Assembly: GCA_963664405.1 (NCBI GenBank)
Contig: OY761158.1
Coordinates: 4,352,001-4,416,000, forward strand
Direction: 5' to 3'
From: Thermoanaerobaculia bacterium
GTDB taxonomy: Bacteria; Acidobacteriota; Thermoanaerobaculia; Multivoradales; Multivoraceae
DNA length: 64,000 nucleotides
The notes under the pieces: model-generated
The model's input: only the letters and a program-made list of their open reading frames with translations
Databases searched by the model: none
Told to the model about the DNA's origin: nothing
Part shown: one piece after another, positions 38,816 through 48,844 of the stretch
How the letters are laid out: each line of letters starts with the position of its first letter
How positions within the stretch are numbered: the first letter of the stretch is position 1
Made by a program: the position numbers and the translations under genes

Positions 38816-40236
38816 ACTCTCGGCTCCTCGAGCGGGGCGGGATCGAGATCTTCGAGCTGAGGGTCGACGACTTCGCGCAGGAACTCATCGACCTGCTGCG
38901 CCGCCCGACCGGTGAAAGCGATGGGGTCGAGCCGATCGACGATCTCGTCACGGCTGAGCCGGAAGTCGGGATCCGAGGCGATCAGATCGATGAGCGGGTT
39001 GGCGCCTCCGCCGGCCAGTGCCTCCTGAGCGTCGAGACTGTAGCGACGGATCTGCTCGTGGAGCTCCTGGCGATCGCCGCCACGCAAGACCGCCTCCATC
39101 AGAATGGTCTCGGTTGCCATGAAAGGCAGCTCGCGCGCAACGTGGGCCGTGATGGCGCGCTCCGGGGTGGTGAGGCCACGGGCTACGCCCGCAGCCAGGT
39201 GGAGGATGGCGTCGCAGGTGAGAAAGGCGTCAGTCAGCACGAGTCGCCGGTTCGATGAATCGTCGAGGCTCCTCTCCAGCCACTGAAGCGAGCTGGTGAG
39301 CGGACCATTCATGGCATCCGTCAGCAGACGGCGAGCCAGGCCACACATGCGCTCGGTGCGAATCGGGTTGCGCTTGTAAGCCATTGCCGAAGAGCCGACC
39401 TGGCTCGACCCGAATGGCTCCGAGAGCTCACCGAGACCCTGGAGGAGGCGTATATCGGTGCCCATCTTGTGGATAGTCTCGCCGACCCCGGCGAGTGCCA
39501 GCAGGATCTGGGAGTCCTGCTTGCGGGGGTAGGTCTGACCGGTCACGGCCCAGCTCTCATTGAACCCGAGCTTGGTCGCGATCCCGCGGTCGAGTGCTCG
39601 CACCTTTTCGTGATCACCATCGAAGAGGGTCAGGAAGCTGGCCTGGGTACCGGTAGTTCCCTTGGCTCCACGACAGCGCAGCCTTCGAGCGCGCTCTTGG
39701 ATCGCGGTGAGATCCTCGATCGTGTCCTGGAGCCACAGGCAGGCCCGCTTGCCGACAGTGGTGAGCTGCGCCGGTTGCAGGTGAGTGTAGGCGAGCGTGG
39801 GCAGGGCCCGGGTGCGGAGTGCAAAAGTGCGCAGCTCGGTCGCCAGTCGCACGAGCCGTCTTGTCACCAGGTCGAGGGCGTCGCGGAGGATCAACACATC
39901 GGTGTTGTCGGTGATGAAAGCGCTGGTGGCACCCAGATGAAGAATGCCTCCCGCCTCACCGGTCTGTTCGGCGAAGTGACGCAGGTGAGCGACGACGTCG
40001 TGGCGGGTTTGGTTCTCGAGCTCGGCAACGCGCTCGAAATCGATACTGTCGGCGCTCGCTTCGAGGCTCTCGAGCTGTTCCTTCCGGATCGGGAGCCCGA
40101 GCTCCGCTTCGACGGTCGCCAGGGCGATCCACATCTCTCGCCACTTGCGATAGCGCGATCGCGGCGCGAAGAGCGCTCGCATCTCGGCGGTGGCATAACG
40201 CTCGTGGAGTGGGTTCTGGGGCTCCGCGGAGGACAT
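38812..40236 (-). CDS. purB: Adenylosuccinate lyase
   Basis: RHDV.AH, HLGATS, THLQPAQLTTVGKR, GSSAMAYKRNP, ERSLDDS. Confidence 0.96.
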   Translation of the reverse strand: MSSAEPQNPLHERYATAEMRALFAPRSRYRKWREMWIALATVEAELGLPIRKEQLESLEASADSIDFERVAELENQTRHDVVAHLRHFAEQTGEAGGILHLGATSAFITDNTDVLILRDALDLVTRRLVRLATELRTFALRTRALPTLAYTHLQPAQLTTVGKRACLWLQDTIEDLTAIQERARRLRCRGAKGTTGTQASFLTLFDGDHEKVRALDRGIATKLGFNESWAVTGQTYPRKQDSQILLALAGVGETIHKMGTDIRLLQGLGELSEPFGSSQVGSSAMAYKRNPIRTERMCGLARRLLTDAMNGPLTSSLQWLERSLDDSSNRRLVLTDAFLTCDAILHLAAGVARGLTTPERAITAHVARELPFMATETILMEAVLRGGDRQELHEQIRRYSLDAQEALAGGGANPLIDLIASDPDFRLSRDEIVDRLDPIAFTGRAAQQVDEFLREVVDPQLEDLDPAPLEEPRV

Positions 40237-40260
40237 GGCAACGAGAATACCAGCCGTCGC

Positions 40261-40806
40261 TCAGAGCTGCTTCATCAGGTCGCGCCAGGCTCGACCGCGG
40301 TGGCCCTCGGCGTCCTTTGCGGCGACTCCCAGCTCGGCGTAAGTCTTCGCCGATCCCGCGGGCAGAAAGACGGGGTCCCATCCGAAGCCGGCTTCGCCAC
40401 GCTCCGGCAAGACCAAGCTGCCCTCGTTGATCCCCTCTCCGATCACTCGCCGGCTGCCGTCGAAGAAGAGAACGAGACAGCGCGCCGTCGCCCTCGGGTC
40501 TCCGAGAGCTATAGCGCAGCGTGCGATGCCCTGGGCTCCGGCGGACTCCAGCATCCACTTCACCAGCGGACCCGGGAAACCCCCCAGAGCGCTGAGCTCG
40601 AGCGAGGTCTCCTCGACGACGACGGGTTTGCGCAATCTCGACCACGCTTCCATGGCCTTGGCCTCGAGCACTTCCCTCGGATCGAGTGACTGGATCTCCG
40701 GCAGATCCACCTCGGCTGCTTCGAGCTCCGCCCCGAGAATCCGGCGAGCTTCGGCAAGCTTGTGCCGGTTGCCTGTGACTAGAAGGAACGGGAGGGCGTC
40801 GGTCAC
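40261..40806 (-). CDS. rdgB: Non-canonical purine NTP pyrophosphatase (Ham1/RdgB)
   Basis: TGNRHK..E, EIQ, LGGFPGP, GFGWDPVF, TYAEL...K...HR. Confidence 0.92.
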   Translation of the reverse strand: MTDALPFLLVTGNRHKLAEARRILGAELEAAEVDLPEIQSLDPREVLEAKAMEAWSRLRKPVVVEETSLELSALGGFPGPLVKWMLESAGAQGIARCAIALGDPRATARCLVLFFDGSRRVIGEGINEGSLVLPERGEAGFGWDPVFLPAGSAKTYAELGVAAKDAEGHRGRAWRDLMKQL

Positions 40807-41405
40807 GAGCCTTCGAGCCTCTTATTGAGCTTGGCCACTAGTTCTTCGACCTGCTTTCGCAGCTCGTCGAGGCTACCCTCGTTGTGGAGCACGTAGTCTG
40901 CCAGAGCGATACGGGTGGCGCTGTCTGCCTGGGCCTCGAGCCGTGCCCTCGCCGAGTCTGGATCCACCCCGCGCTCGATCGCGCGAGCGATGCGAAGCTC
41001 AGGGTCGGCTTCGACCGTGACCACCGCGTCATAGCGGCTCTTGCCGCTGGTCTCAGCCAGTAGAGGGACCTCGAAGATGACGATGCCATCGGAGCTTGCC
41101 ACGAGATCCTGGAACGCCTTCCCGACCAGCGGGTGAATGGCGGCCTCGAGGCGGCGTAGGGCTGCGGTGTTGTTGAAAACCAAATCGGCGAGCTTGGGGT
41201 GCAGGACGGCTCCCGCAGAGTCGAGAAAACCCTCTCCGAAGAGGTCGCGAACCGCGGCCGCGCCAACAGCGCCCGGTCGGTAGAGCTCTGCGACCAGCGA
41301 GTCGGCGTCGGCCACGGTGCAACCTAGCTCTCGGAGCCAACGGCCGACGGTCGACTTCCCGCTGGCAATCCCCCCGGTGAGGGCGACGATGAAGCTTCGA
41401 GGCAT
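40803..41405 (-). CDS. coaE: Dephospho-CoA kinase
   Basis: LTGGIASGKST, DAD, LE..IHP, EVPLL.E, AD.VL.NEG. Confidence 0.95.
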   Translation of the reverse strand: MPRSFIVALTGGIASGKSTVGRWLRELGCTVADADSLVAELYRPGAVGAAAVRDLFGEGFLDSAGAVLHPKLADLVFNNTAALRRLEAAIHPLVGKAFQDLVASSDGIVIFEVPLLAETSGKSRYDAVVTVEADPELRIARAIERGVDPDSARARLEAQADSATRIALADYVLHNEGSLDELRKQVEELVAKLNKRLEGS

Positions 41406-41406
41406 G

Positions 41407-41574
41407 CTAGTGGACCGTAACACCCAAACGTTTAGCGTCTGAGCGGCCCTCGCGGCCGATCTCTGCGTTACGCATCCTCGACATAGTCCCCGCTATGCCT
41501 GCGTCAGCGCGCCTTGATCTCGACCACGAATGACTCACTCAGCCCCTAGACGTTCGAGTGTTACGGTCCACTAG
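41407..41574. repeat. 168-bp CTAG-bounded hairpin element, copy C (different arms, same core)
   Basis: Perfect 17-bp TIR CTAGTGGACCGTAACAC; core CCTCGACATAGTCCCCGCTATGCCTGCGTC matches copies A/B. Confidence 0.85.
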
Positions 41575-42293
41575 GCGTCTACCGGCTTCTTGGCCATGTA
41601 CATACACACGGTTCCAGCTGAGAGGTCCCGCCAGGTGGCGAGGACGAAGCCGGCTCGTTGCAGAGTCTCGGTCATCGCGTCGCGCTGCTGAAACTCGAGG
41701 ACCGAGTCTCGTAGGTAGTGGTAGGCCGTGCCTCGACCGCTGACGAGGCGCGCGATGGTGGGCATGAGGTGTCGGAAATAGAAGAGATAGGCATGGCGGA
41801 GGAGGACGATACGAGGAAGCGCAAACTCGAGGATGACGAGCAAGCCGCCGGGTCTGAGCGCGTCGAGCATCTCCTCGAGAGCGGCATCCACGTCGGCGAC
41901 GTTACGAATCCCGAAGGCGACGGTGACGGCCGCGAACGAATCGGTGGCAAAGGGGAGCGAGAGTGCGTCGGCAGCTGTCGCGCTTGGTGCCGCTCTAGGC
42001 GACCCACTGAACTTGCGACCCGCCCGCTGCAACATCGGTAAACAGAAATCGGCGGCGATAACGGGGAGGCGGTGGCGAGAGATAGAGAGAGCCTGGTCTC
42101 CGGTGCCGCAGCATAGGTCGAGCACCACCCCCGCGGGAGCCTCGCGAGTGACTGCCTTGGCCACCTGGCGCCGCCACAGCCGATCCAGAGAGACCGAGAG
42201 CACGCCATTGAGTAGATCGTAGCGGGGAGCGACTTTTGCGAACATGTCGCGGATGGTGGTGGCGCTCTTATCGAGCGGTGCCGAGCTGTCCAT
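41571..42293 (-). CDS. ubiE: UbiE/MenG-family quinone C-methyltransferase
   Basis: MF..VAPRYDLLN, WRR, LDLCCGTGD, FGIRNV, LRPGG.L.ILEF, AY.YL..SV..F. Confidence 0.93.
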   Translation of the reverse strand: MDSSAPLDKSATTIRDMFAKVAPRYDLLNGVLSVSLDRLWRRQVAKAVTREAPAGVVLDLCCGTGDQALSISRHRLPVIAADFCLPMLQRAGRKFSGSPRAAPSATAADALSLPFATDSFAAVTVAFGIRNVADVDAALEEMLDALRPGGLLVILEFALPRIVLLRHAYLFYFRHLMPTIARLVSGRGTAYHYLRDSVLEFQQRDAMTETLQRAGFVLATWRDLSAGTVCMYMAKKPVDA

Positions 42294-42336
42294 TTCTCGT
42301 CAACGATCCTATCTTTCATTCGGCGCCGGAACGCCC

Positions 42337-42365
42337 TTGACACCGGCATCGGAGGCCCGTAACAT
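42337..42365 (+). promoter_or_regulatory. Putative sigma70 promoter of the rplM operon
   Basis: TTGACA-17 bp-TAACAT. Confidence 0.65.
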
Positions 42366-42437
42366 CGACCGCCCTTGCCTGGCAAGGCCCCTGGAAGTTT
42401 GTCTGCACCCCGTCTAGAAGCGAAGAGGTTGGAGTTC

Positions 42438-42908
42438 ATGACCAAGACATATAGCCCGAAGGCGGGCGAGGTGGAGCGTCGGTGGTTTGTGGTCGATGCT
42501 GCGGATATCCCTCTTGGACGATTGTCTACGAGGATCGCCACGGTTTTGCTCGGTAAGCACAAGCCTCAGTACGCTCGACATATCGATACCGGCGACTTTG
42601 TGGTCGTCGTCAATGCCGAGAGGACTGTCCTTACCGGAAACAAAGAAGAGGGCAAGATCTACTATCGGCACAGCGGCCGACCGGGGAACCTCAGGTCGGA
42701 GACGGCGGCGCAGGTTCGACGGCGCTACCCTACTCGCCTGATCGAGCGTGCCGTTCGCGGCATGTTGCCGAAGGGGCCCTTGGGCCGGCAGCAGCTAACT
42801 AAGCTGAAGGTCTACGCGGGGCCGGAGCACCCGCACGAAGCGCAGAAGCCGGAGTCTCTGCCGCTGTTGCAGGGCGCCGCCGCGCGAACTCAGGAGGTTT
42901 CACCGTGA
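42438..42908 (+). CDS. rplM: 50S ribosomal protein L13
   Basis: W.VVDA...[33 protein letters not shown]. Confidence 0.99.
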   Translation: MTKTYSPKAGEVERRWFVVDAADIPLGRLSTRIATVLLGKHKPQYARHIDTGDFVVVVNAERTVLTGNKEEGKIYYRHSGRPGNLRSETAAQVRRRYPTRLIERAVRGMLPKGPLGRQQLTKLKVYAGPEHPHEAQKPESLPLLQGAAARTQEVSP

Positions 42909-43297
42909 GCGAACTCACCCACTACGCTACCGGACGGCGCAAGACTTCGACCGCGCGCGTCTATCTTCGGCCCGGCGACGGTCAGGCGACAGTCAATGGA
43001 AGGCCTCTCGAGGAGTACTTCGGCAACGACGTGCTCAAGATGATCATCCGGCAGCCGCTGCTCCTGACCGAGAATGACGAGAAGCTCGACTTCATCGCCA
43101 CCGTCAAGGGTGGAGGCACCACAGGCCAGGCGGGCGCGATCCGTCATGGTCTCGCTCGAGCTTTGACCTCGTACGAGCCCGAGTTGCACCAGACGCTTCG
43201 GGACGCCGGGTTCCTCACTCGTGACTCCCGCAAGAAAGAGCGCAAGAAGTACGGTCTCAAAGGGGCTCGCGCCCGTTACCAGTTCAGCAAGAGATAG
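42905..43297 (+). CDS. rpsI: 30S ribosomal protein S9
   Basis: [29 protein letters not shown]...QFSKR. Confidence 0.99.
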   Translation: MSELTHYATGRRKTSTARVYLRPGDGQATVNGRPLEEYFGNDVLKMIIRQPLLLTENDEKLDFIATVKGGGTTGQAGAIRHGLARALTSYEPELHQTLRDAGFLTRDSRKKERKKYGLKGARARYQFSKR

Positions 43298-43311
43298 AAG
43301 GAGAGTCCCCT

Positions 43312-44151
43312 TTGTCCCAGGTCACGATGCAGGAGCTTTTGGAGGCGGGTGTTCACTTTGGGCACCAGACACGCCGTTGGAATCCGAAGATGCGACGCTA
43401 CATCTTCGGCCGTCGTAACGGCATCTACATCATCGACCTCCAAAAGACGATGGCGATGTTCGACGAAGCGGTGGAGTACGTACGCCAACTCTCCCGCGAG
43501 GGTCGAAAGATCCTCTTCGTCGGCACCAAGCGCCAGGCGCAGCAGGTGATCGAAGAAGAGGCGTCTCGCTGTAAGCAGTACTACATGACCCACCGCTGGC
43601 TGGGCGGCACGCTCACCAACTTCGTGACCATTCGTGCGTCGGTGGAGAGGTTGAAAGAGACCGAGGCCAAGCTCGCCGACGAAGAGAGTCATCTCACCAA
43701 GAAGGAGCTCTTGCGGCTGGAGCGCGACCGGCTGAAGATGACACGGAACCTCGAAGGTATTCGAGACATGGAGAGTCTCCCCGATGCACTCTTCGTCGTC
43801 GATTCGAGGCGCGAATCGATCGCGGTCGCAGAAGCGAACAAGTTGGGCGTTCCGGTAATCGGTATCGTCGACACCAACTGCGATCCTGAGCTCATCGACT
43901 ACGTCATTCCCGGCAACGACGATGCGATTCGCACCATTCGACTCTTCGCCGGTAGGCTTGCCGACACCTACAACGAGGGGCAGGGAATCTCAGCCAAGCA
44001 GGAGATGATCGAAGAGACGGCTGCCGAGCCCACCGCTGTAGCGCCGGCAACCGCAGAAGGTGCGGTCGCTCCAGCTGCAACCGAGGTACCGCTCACGGCC
44101 GGCACTGAAGAGCCGATCGTGCCGGCGAACGACAGCCCCGCCTCATCGTAG
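43312..44151 (+). CDS. rpsB: 30S ribosomal protein S2
   Basis: [39 protein letters not shown]; TTG start with Shine-Dalgarno AAGGAG. Confidence 0.99.
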   Translation: MSQVTMQELLEAGVHFGHQTRRWNPKMRRYIFGRRNGIYIIDLQKTMAMFDEAVEYVRQLSREGRKILFVGTKRQAQQVIEEEASRCKQYYMTHRWLGGTLTNFVTIRASVERLKETEAKLADEESHLTKKELLRLERDRLKMTRNLEGIRDMESLPDALFVVDSRRESIAVAEANKLGVPVIGIVDTNCDPELIDYVIPGNDDAIRTIRLFAGRLADTYNEGQGISAKQEMIEETAAEPTAVAPATAEGAVAPAATEVPLTAGTEEPIVPANDSPASS

Positions 44152-44293
44152 GCAGTATCACGTCAGACATCTAGAGCTGGTAGACGTCGATCTCAGACGT
44201 CATGGAAAATGGGACGGAAGCACTCTTCGACGGGTTGCCGCCTAATTCCGCTCAGAGCCAGCTCACATTCTTATTTCTAGGAGGCGTCTTTCC

Positions 44294-44890
44294 ATGCAGA
44301 TCACGGCGCAGTTAGTCAAAGAGCTCAGGGAACGCACCGCGGCTCCGATGATGGATTGCAAAGCAGCACTTCAGGAAGCCGACGGCGATGTAGAGGCGGC
44401 CATTGACGTGCTGAGAACGAGGGGGCTCTCGAAGGCGGCCAAGAAGGCCGGGAGGGCGACCAGTGACGGCATCGTCGGCCACTACATCCACGCGGGCGGC
44501 AAGATCGGAGTGCTGCTCGAGGTCAATTGCGAAACCGACTTCGTCGCTCGTACCGAGGACTTTCAGGGCCTGGTGAAGGACATCGCGATGCACATCGCGG
44601 CGGCTGAGCCTCGTTACGTCGCTCGGGAAGAAGTCACTGCCGAGGACCTCGCTAAAGAGAAAGAGATTTTTCGCGAGCAGGCCCTGGCTTCAGGCAAGCC
44701 CGAGAACGTGGTCGAGCGCATCGTCGAGGGCAAGCTCGAGAAGTTCTACGCTGATGCTGTGCTGCTCGATCAGCCCTTCGTCAAGGACAGCGACAGGAAC
44801 GTTCGTGAACTAGTGAGCGACATGGTCGCCAAGCTCGGCGAGAACATTCAGGTGCGCCGCTTCGCTCGTTTCAAGCTTGGAGAAGGCTGA
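44294..44890 (+). CDS. tsf: Elongation factor Ts (short form)
   Basis: VKELRERT...[28 protein letters not shown]. Confidence 0.99.
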   Translation: MQITAQLVKELRERTAAPMMDCKAALQEADGDVEAAIDVLRTRGLSKAAKKAGRATSDGIVGHYIHAGGKIGVLLEVNCETDFVARTEDFQGLVKDIAMHIAAAEPRYVAREEVTAEDLAKEKEIFREQALASGKPENVVERIVEGKLEKFYADAVLLDQPFVKDSDRNVRELVSDMVAKLGENIQVRRFARFKLGEG

Positions 44891-44894
44891 GATC

Positions 44895-45611
44895 GTGGAA
44901 GCAACCTCAGCGTATCGTCGAATTCTCCTGAAGCTTTCGGGCGAGGCTCTCATGGGAGAGCAGATCTTCGGTATCGATGAGGACGTGGTGGAGCGGATCG
45001 CCTCCGACATCAAGGACGTTCATGGGCTGGGCGTCCAGATCGCGATCGTAGTTGGCGGCGGCAACATCATCCGGGGTGTTGCGGCTCACGATCGCGGCGT
45101 GGACCGGGTGACGGCCGACTACATGGGCATGCTGGGGACGGTGATCAACGCCCTGGCTCTCCAAGACGCCTTGGAGCGGATCCAGGTCACGACTCGAGTG
45201 CAGACGGCGATCGAGATCCGCGACGTCGCCGAGCCTTTTATCCGTCGCCGTGCGGTTCGCCATCTCGAGAAGGGGCGAGTGGTGATCTTCGGCGCCGGAA
45301 CCGGCAACCCTTTCTTCACCACCGACAGCGCCGCGGCGTTGCGGGCGAATGAGGTTCACGCCGACATTTTGCTCAAGGGAACAGGAGTCGATGGCATCTA
45401 TTCTGCGGATCCCAGAAAGGACCCGAATGCTATGCTCTTGTCTCGATTGACGCATAGGGAGATCCTCGAAAAGGACCTCAGAGTGATGGATGCCGCGGCC
45501 ATTAGTCTTTGCCGAGACAACGGCATTCCCATCGCGGTATTCAAGTTGATGGAGCCAGGGAACCTTCGCCGGATCGTCTGCGGCGAGGAGATCGGGTCCA
45601 TCGTCAGGTGA
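44895..45611 (+). CDS. pyrH: UMP kinase
   Basis: [38 protein letters not shown]. Confidence 0.98.
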   Translation: MEATSAYRRILLKLSGEALMGEQIFGIDEDVVERIASDIKDVHGLGVQIAIVVGGGNIIRGVAAHDRGVDRVTADYMGMLGTVINALALQDALERIQVTTRVQTAIEIRDVAEPFIRRRAVRHLEKGRVVIFGAGTGNPFFTTDSAAALRANEVHADILLKGTGVDGIYSADPRKDPNAMLLSRLTHREILEKDLRVMDAAAISLCRDNGIPIAVFKLMEPGNLRRIVCGEEIGSIVR

Positions 45612-45624
45612 GGCGGAGGGGCAG

Positions 45625-46179
45625 ATGAAGCGCGTTTTCCAGGAAGTAGAGGTCAAGATGAAGGGGGCCGTCGACCATTTTCACGAAGAGCTGAAGACTC
45701 TTCGCACCGGTCGCGCCTCGCTTTCTATTCTCGACTCGGTTCGGGTGGACTATTTCGGAACGCCGACTCCTCTCAACCAGGTCGCTAATCTTTCGGTTGC
45801 GGACGCCAGCTTGATCATGGCGCAGCCGTGGGATCCCTCCACCATCGGCGCCATCGAGAAGGGCATCCTGCAAGCCGATCTGGGCCTGAACCCCGCCAAC
45901 GACGGCAAAGTCATCCGCATTCCCGTGCCCCCACTGACCGAAGAGCGGAGGCGAGAGATCGTCAAGCGGGCTCACGAATTCGCCGAGGCCAACCGCAACT
46001 CCATTCGGCAGATTCGGCGCGACGGCAACGAGGCGCTGAAGAAGATGGAGAAGGACAAAGAGATCGGGCAGGACGAAGAGCATCATGGCCTCGACGAGAT
46101 CCAGAAGCTTCACGATCACTACATCGCTCAGATCAACAGCGCCGCGGAGACCAAAGAAAAGGATCTGATGACGGTGTGA
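45625..46179 (+). CDS. frr: Ribosome recycling factor
   Basis: RTGRA, LGLNP.NDG, PPLTEERR, IR.IRRD. Confidence 0.98.
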   Translation: MKRVFQEVEVKMKGAVDHFHEELKTLRTGRASLSILDSVRVDYFGTPTPLNQVANLSVADASLIMAQPWDPSTIGAIEKGILQADLGLNPANDGKVIRIPVPPLTEERRREIVKRAHEFAEANRNSIRQIRRDGNEALKKMEKDKEIGQDEEHHGLDEIQKLHDHYIAQINSAAETKEKDLMTV

Positions 46180-46964
46180 CGACCCGGGCTCCGCACCGAA
46201 GGGCCAAGGCGGGAGCCGAGGGCCCACAGCCCGAGCCCACGGCGAGCGTCGCAGCGCCCGTACCCGGCCACTTGGTGCACGGGTTCCACTCGGTTCGAGA
46301 AGCGCTCCGCAGTCGTCCGCAGCACCTGCGTCGGGTATTGATGAGTGACGGTGACGGGGGGCGCCGCCGCGAGATTCGTGCTCTTTGCGAGCGCCATCAG
46401 GTGTCGCTCGAGATCGTCGCCGACGGCGCTCTACAGCGCTTGGCGCCCGAGGCCCATCAGGGCTTTGTCGCCGAGATCGAAGACCTCGGCGCCTCGATCG
46501 GTGGAGGTGTCGATACCGAGCTCGTCGTACTTCTCGAGGACATTCAAGACCCTCGCAATCTGGGCGCGCTACTACGAGTTTGCGAGGGTGCCGGTGTCGG
46601 TCGCGTTCTAGTCCGGGATCGAGGTTCGGCGCCGCTGACCTCGACCGTTGCCCACACCTCCGCCGGAGCCAGTGAGTGGGTGGCCCTGGAGCGCATCACC
46701 AACACGGCCAACGAGCTCGCCCGCTTCAAGAAAGAGGGCTTCTGGATCTATGGCGCCGCCGAGGGTGGGACGCCACCTTGGGATCTGGATCTCCAGGGTC
46801 CTTTAGTTCTCTGTTTGGGAGGCGAAGAGAGTGGCCTCAGGCACCGCACGCGCGAAACTTGTGATGCGCTCGTCGGCCTGCCGATGCGAGGTCGTGTGAG
46901 CTCGTTGAACGTGGCAACTGCTGCGTCGGCTCTGCTCTACGAGGCCGTCCGCCAGCGTGTCTGA
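46176..46964 (+). CDS. rlmB: 23S rRNA Gm2251 methyltransferase RlmB (SPOUT)
   Basis: G.H.V.EAL, HQG, DPRNLGA..R, GGEESG, PMRG.V.SLNV. Confidence 0.93.
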   Translation: MTTRAPHRRAKAGAEGPQPEPTASVAAPVPGHLVHGFHSVREALRSRPQHLRRVLMSDGDGGRRREIRALCERHQVSLEIVADGALQRLAPEAHQGFVAEIEDLGASIGGGVDTELVVLLEDIQDPRNLGALLRVCEGAGVGRVLVRDRGSAPLTSTVAHTSAGASEWVALERITNTANELARFKKEGFWIYGAAEGGTPPWDLDLQGPLVLCLGGEESGLRHRTRETCDALVGLPMRGRVSSLNVATAASALLYEAVRQRV

Positions 46965-47052
46965 CGGGGTCGATTCGCTTGCCTTCGACAAAAGCCACGA
47001 GCTAGACTTTGCCGCCGCCAAAGCGTCTGCCCAGCAGGCGACGGAGGCCAGT

Positions 47053-47128
47053 GCCGGCATAGCTCAGCGGCTAGAGCAGCTGACTTGTAATCAGCAGGTC
47101 CTCGGTTCGATTCCGAGTGCCGGCTCCA
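47053..47128 (+). tRNA. tRNA-Thr(TGT)
   Basis: GCCGGCA acceptor stem, GCTGA-CTTGTAA-TCAGC anticodon arm, GGTTCGATTCC T-arm, encoded CCA. Confidence 0.97.
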
Positions 47129-48171
47129 TCTAAATATAATGTTTTCATAACTTTAGGGATACTACGATCATTCGCAACTGTGGTAGCCGTATTTCTCGTA
47201 ATCGGTTCGTAATCAGGAAGAGGCGAAAAAGCTGTGCACAGATGGAATTCGCGGGCCCTTGGCCATAGCGGCCTGAATTGGGGCTGTTTGGCTGAGTTGG
47301 TGAGCTTGAGGTGAGCAAGGCCATCAGCCCTGATCCAGTGACGCGTCTATACCAAAAACTTGAAGCCCTACTGGTCCAAGGCTGTTCTGCGTTGTCTTCG
47401 CCGCCAGCCTTTCTAGACGATCGATCACATCCCTAAACTGGAGCACAGCTCGAGTGTCTGGATCGCGCCAGGTTCGATTTCCGTGGTGGGACACAACCAG
47501 CACCCCCCAGCGCCTCGAGGCCGGTTTCAGGTAGTTCTCGGCAAGCTGCTTAGTCAAGGCCGATTCGAGCCGGCGTACTGACCATCCCTTCTCTCTTCCA
47601 CCGTGCTTTACCTCAATCGCTGCTTCCGCAAGGGCAGCAGTTGCGGACACCACAATGTCGGGCTTGTTGCCACCTGAGACTTCGGTCTCGCGGTGAACGT
47701 GATAGCGACCGTTGGAGCGGAGCCTCACTTGCTCAGAGAGCCACTCTTGAACCTGGGCCTCGCTCTCCGCCTTTTGGAGTAAGTCTCGGGAGGACGAGTC
47801 GCCGCTTGTCATATCGTCTTGGACGTCCGAGAGAACGCCGAGCAACACGTTTAGGAGCCTCCCTCCAGTGGTTACTGGTGCTAGGTAAGTCCGCTCGAAG
47901 GCGGGAACCTCAGTAGCCTTCCACCGTGAGAGTGATCAGGGTAGTTGATGGGATTCGCCTCTGTTCTAGTCACGGTAGTCGAGGGAAGAGCGTACTGGTC
48001 CCTCGGATAGCGTGATCAAAGCGGGCAAAAGAGCCGGCATCATCCGCGGCCACCGGGCGCGCCGTTGTTGTGGGGGGGGAGTGAGGTGCCCTCCGGGGGT
48101 TGACGTCCCCTCGGAGGGCGTGTCTTCTTTCGTTGAATTTAAAAACGAAAGGCCGAAAGGAGACAGCCCTC

Positions 48172-48738
48172 TTGTACCAGACCCTGCTTCAGGATGCCAG
48201 TTTCTACGATCTACTGTTGCGACTCGACGAGGATCTAGCGGAGAAGACTCGCGCCCTAGGCTGCGAATGCGGTGGGCGTTTGCACCAGGCTCACTATCCA
48301 CGTAAGCCTCGCGGAGGGCCCGAGGAGCTGCGCAGAAGGACCTCGTTGCGGCTGAGCTATTGCTGCTCGGTGGAGGGGTGCCGGCGTCGTCAGACGCCTG
48401 CGTCCTTTCGTTTTCTGGGCCGAAAGGTGTACTTCAGCGTGTTGGTACTTCTGGTCCCAGTGCTGCGGGAAGGGGCCAAGGGAGAGCGGCTGCATCGTCT
48501 ACAGGAATTGTTTCAGGTGAGCGCACGTACGGTGCGCCGTTGGCAGAGATGGTGGCGAGAGGACTTCGGTCTCAGCCCGGTCATGACTCGCTTTCAAGGC
48601 TTTCATGCCGAGCCGATCCAGCGGCAAGACTTGCCGGGCTCTCTGCTCCTAGTCTTTCGTCAATTGTCGCCGGCAGGCGAGAGGGTGCTGGCGGTGATTC
48701 GCGCCCTATTGGTCGGGCCCTCTGTGCTAGCTGTGTGA
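48172..48738 (+). CDS. Transposon accessory protein (Cys/His-rich with HTH-like segment)
   Basis: CECGGRLH, SYCCSVEGCRRR, VSARTVRRW..WW; TTG start behind AAGGAG. Confidence 0.75.
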   Translation: MYQTLLQDASFYDLLLRLDEDLAEKTRALGCECGGRLHQAHYPRKPRGGPEELRRRTSLRLSYCCSVEGCRRRQTPASFRFLGRKVYFSVLVLLVPVLREGAKGERLHRLQELFQVSARTVRRWQRWWREDFGLSPVMTRFQGFHAEPIQRQDLPGSLLLVFRQLSPAGERVLAVIRALLVGPSVLAV

Positions 48739-48844
48739 GGGTCGCCGGAAACCCGCAGAAGATGCGTCTCGACTCGCCGAGAAGCGGGCCTTAAGGTCTC
48801 TGTTCTCGCCGCCGATTGAAGGAATCGGCGCCCAGGAGAGGGAG

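Noticed and set aside
44152-44293. AGAC(A/G)TC repeated three times in the rpsB-tsf spacer
   Set aside because: Short, irregularly spaced and without a convincing structure; plausible by chance.
47324-47848. Stand-alone 174-aa nuclease gene
   Set aside because: The frame is open up to the CCACCG target duplication and continues the 51479-53956 ORF, so it is the severed C-terminus of the large gene.
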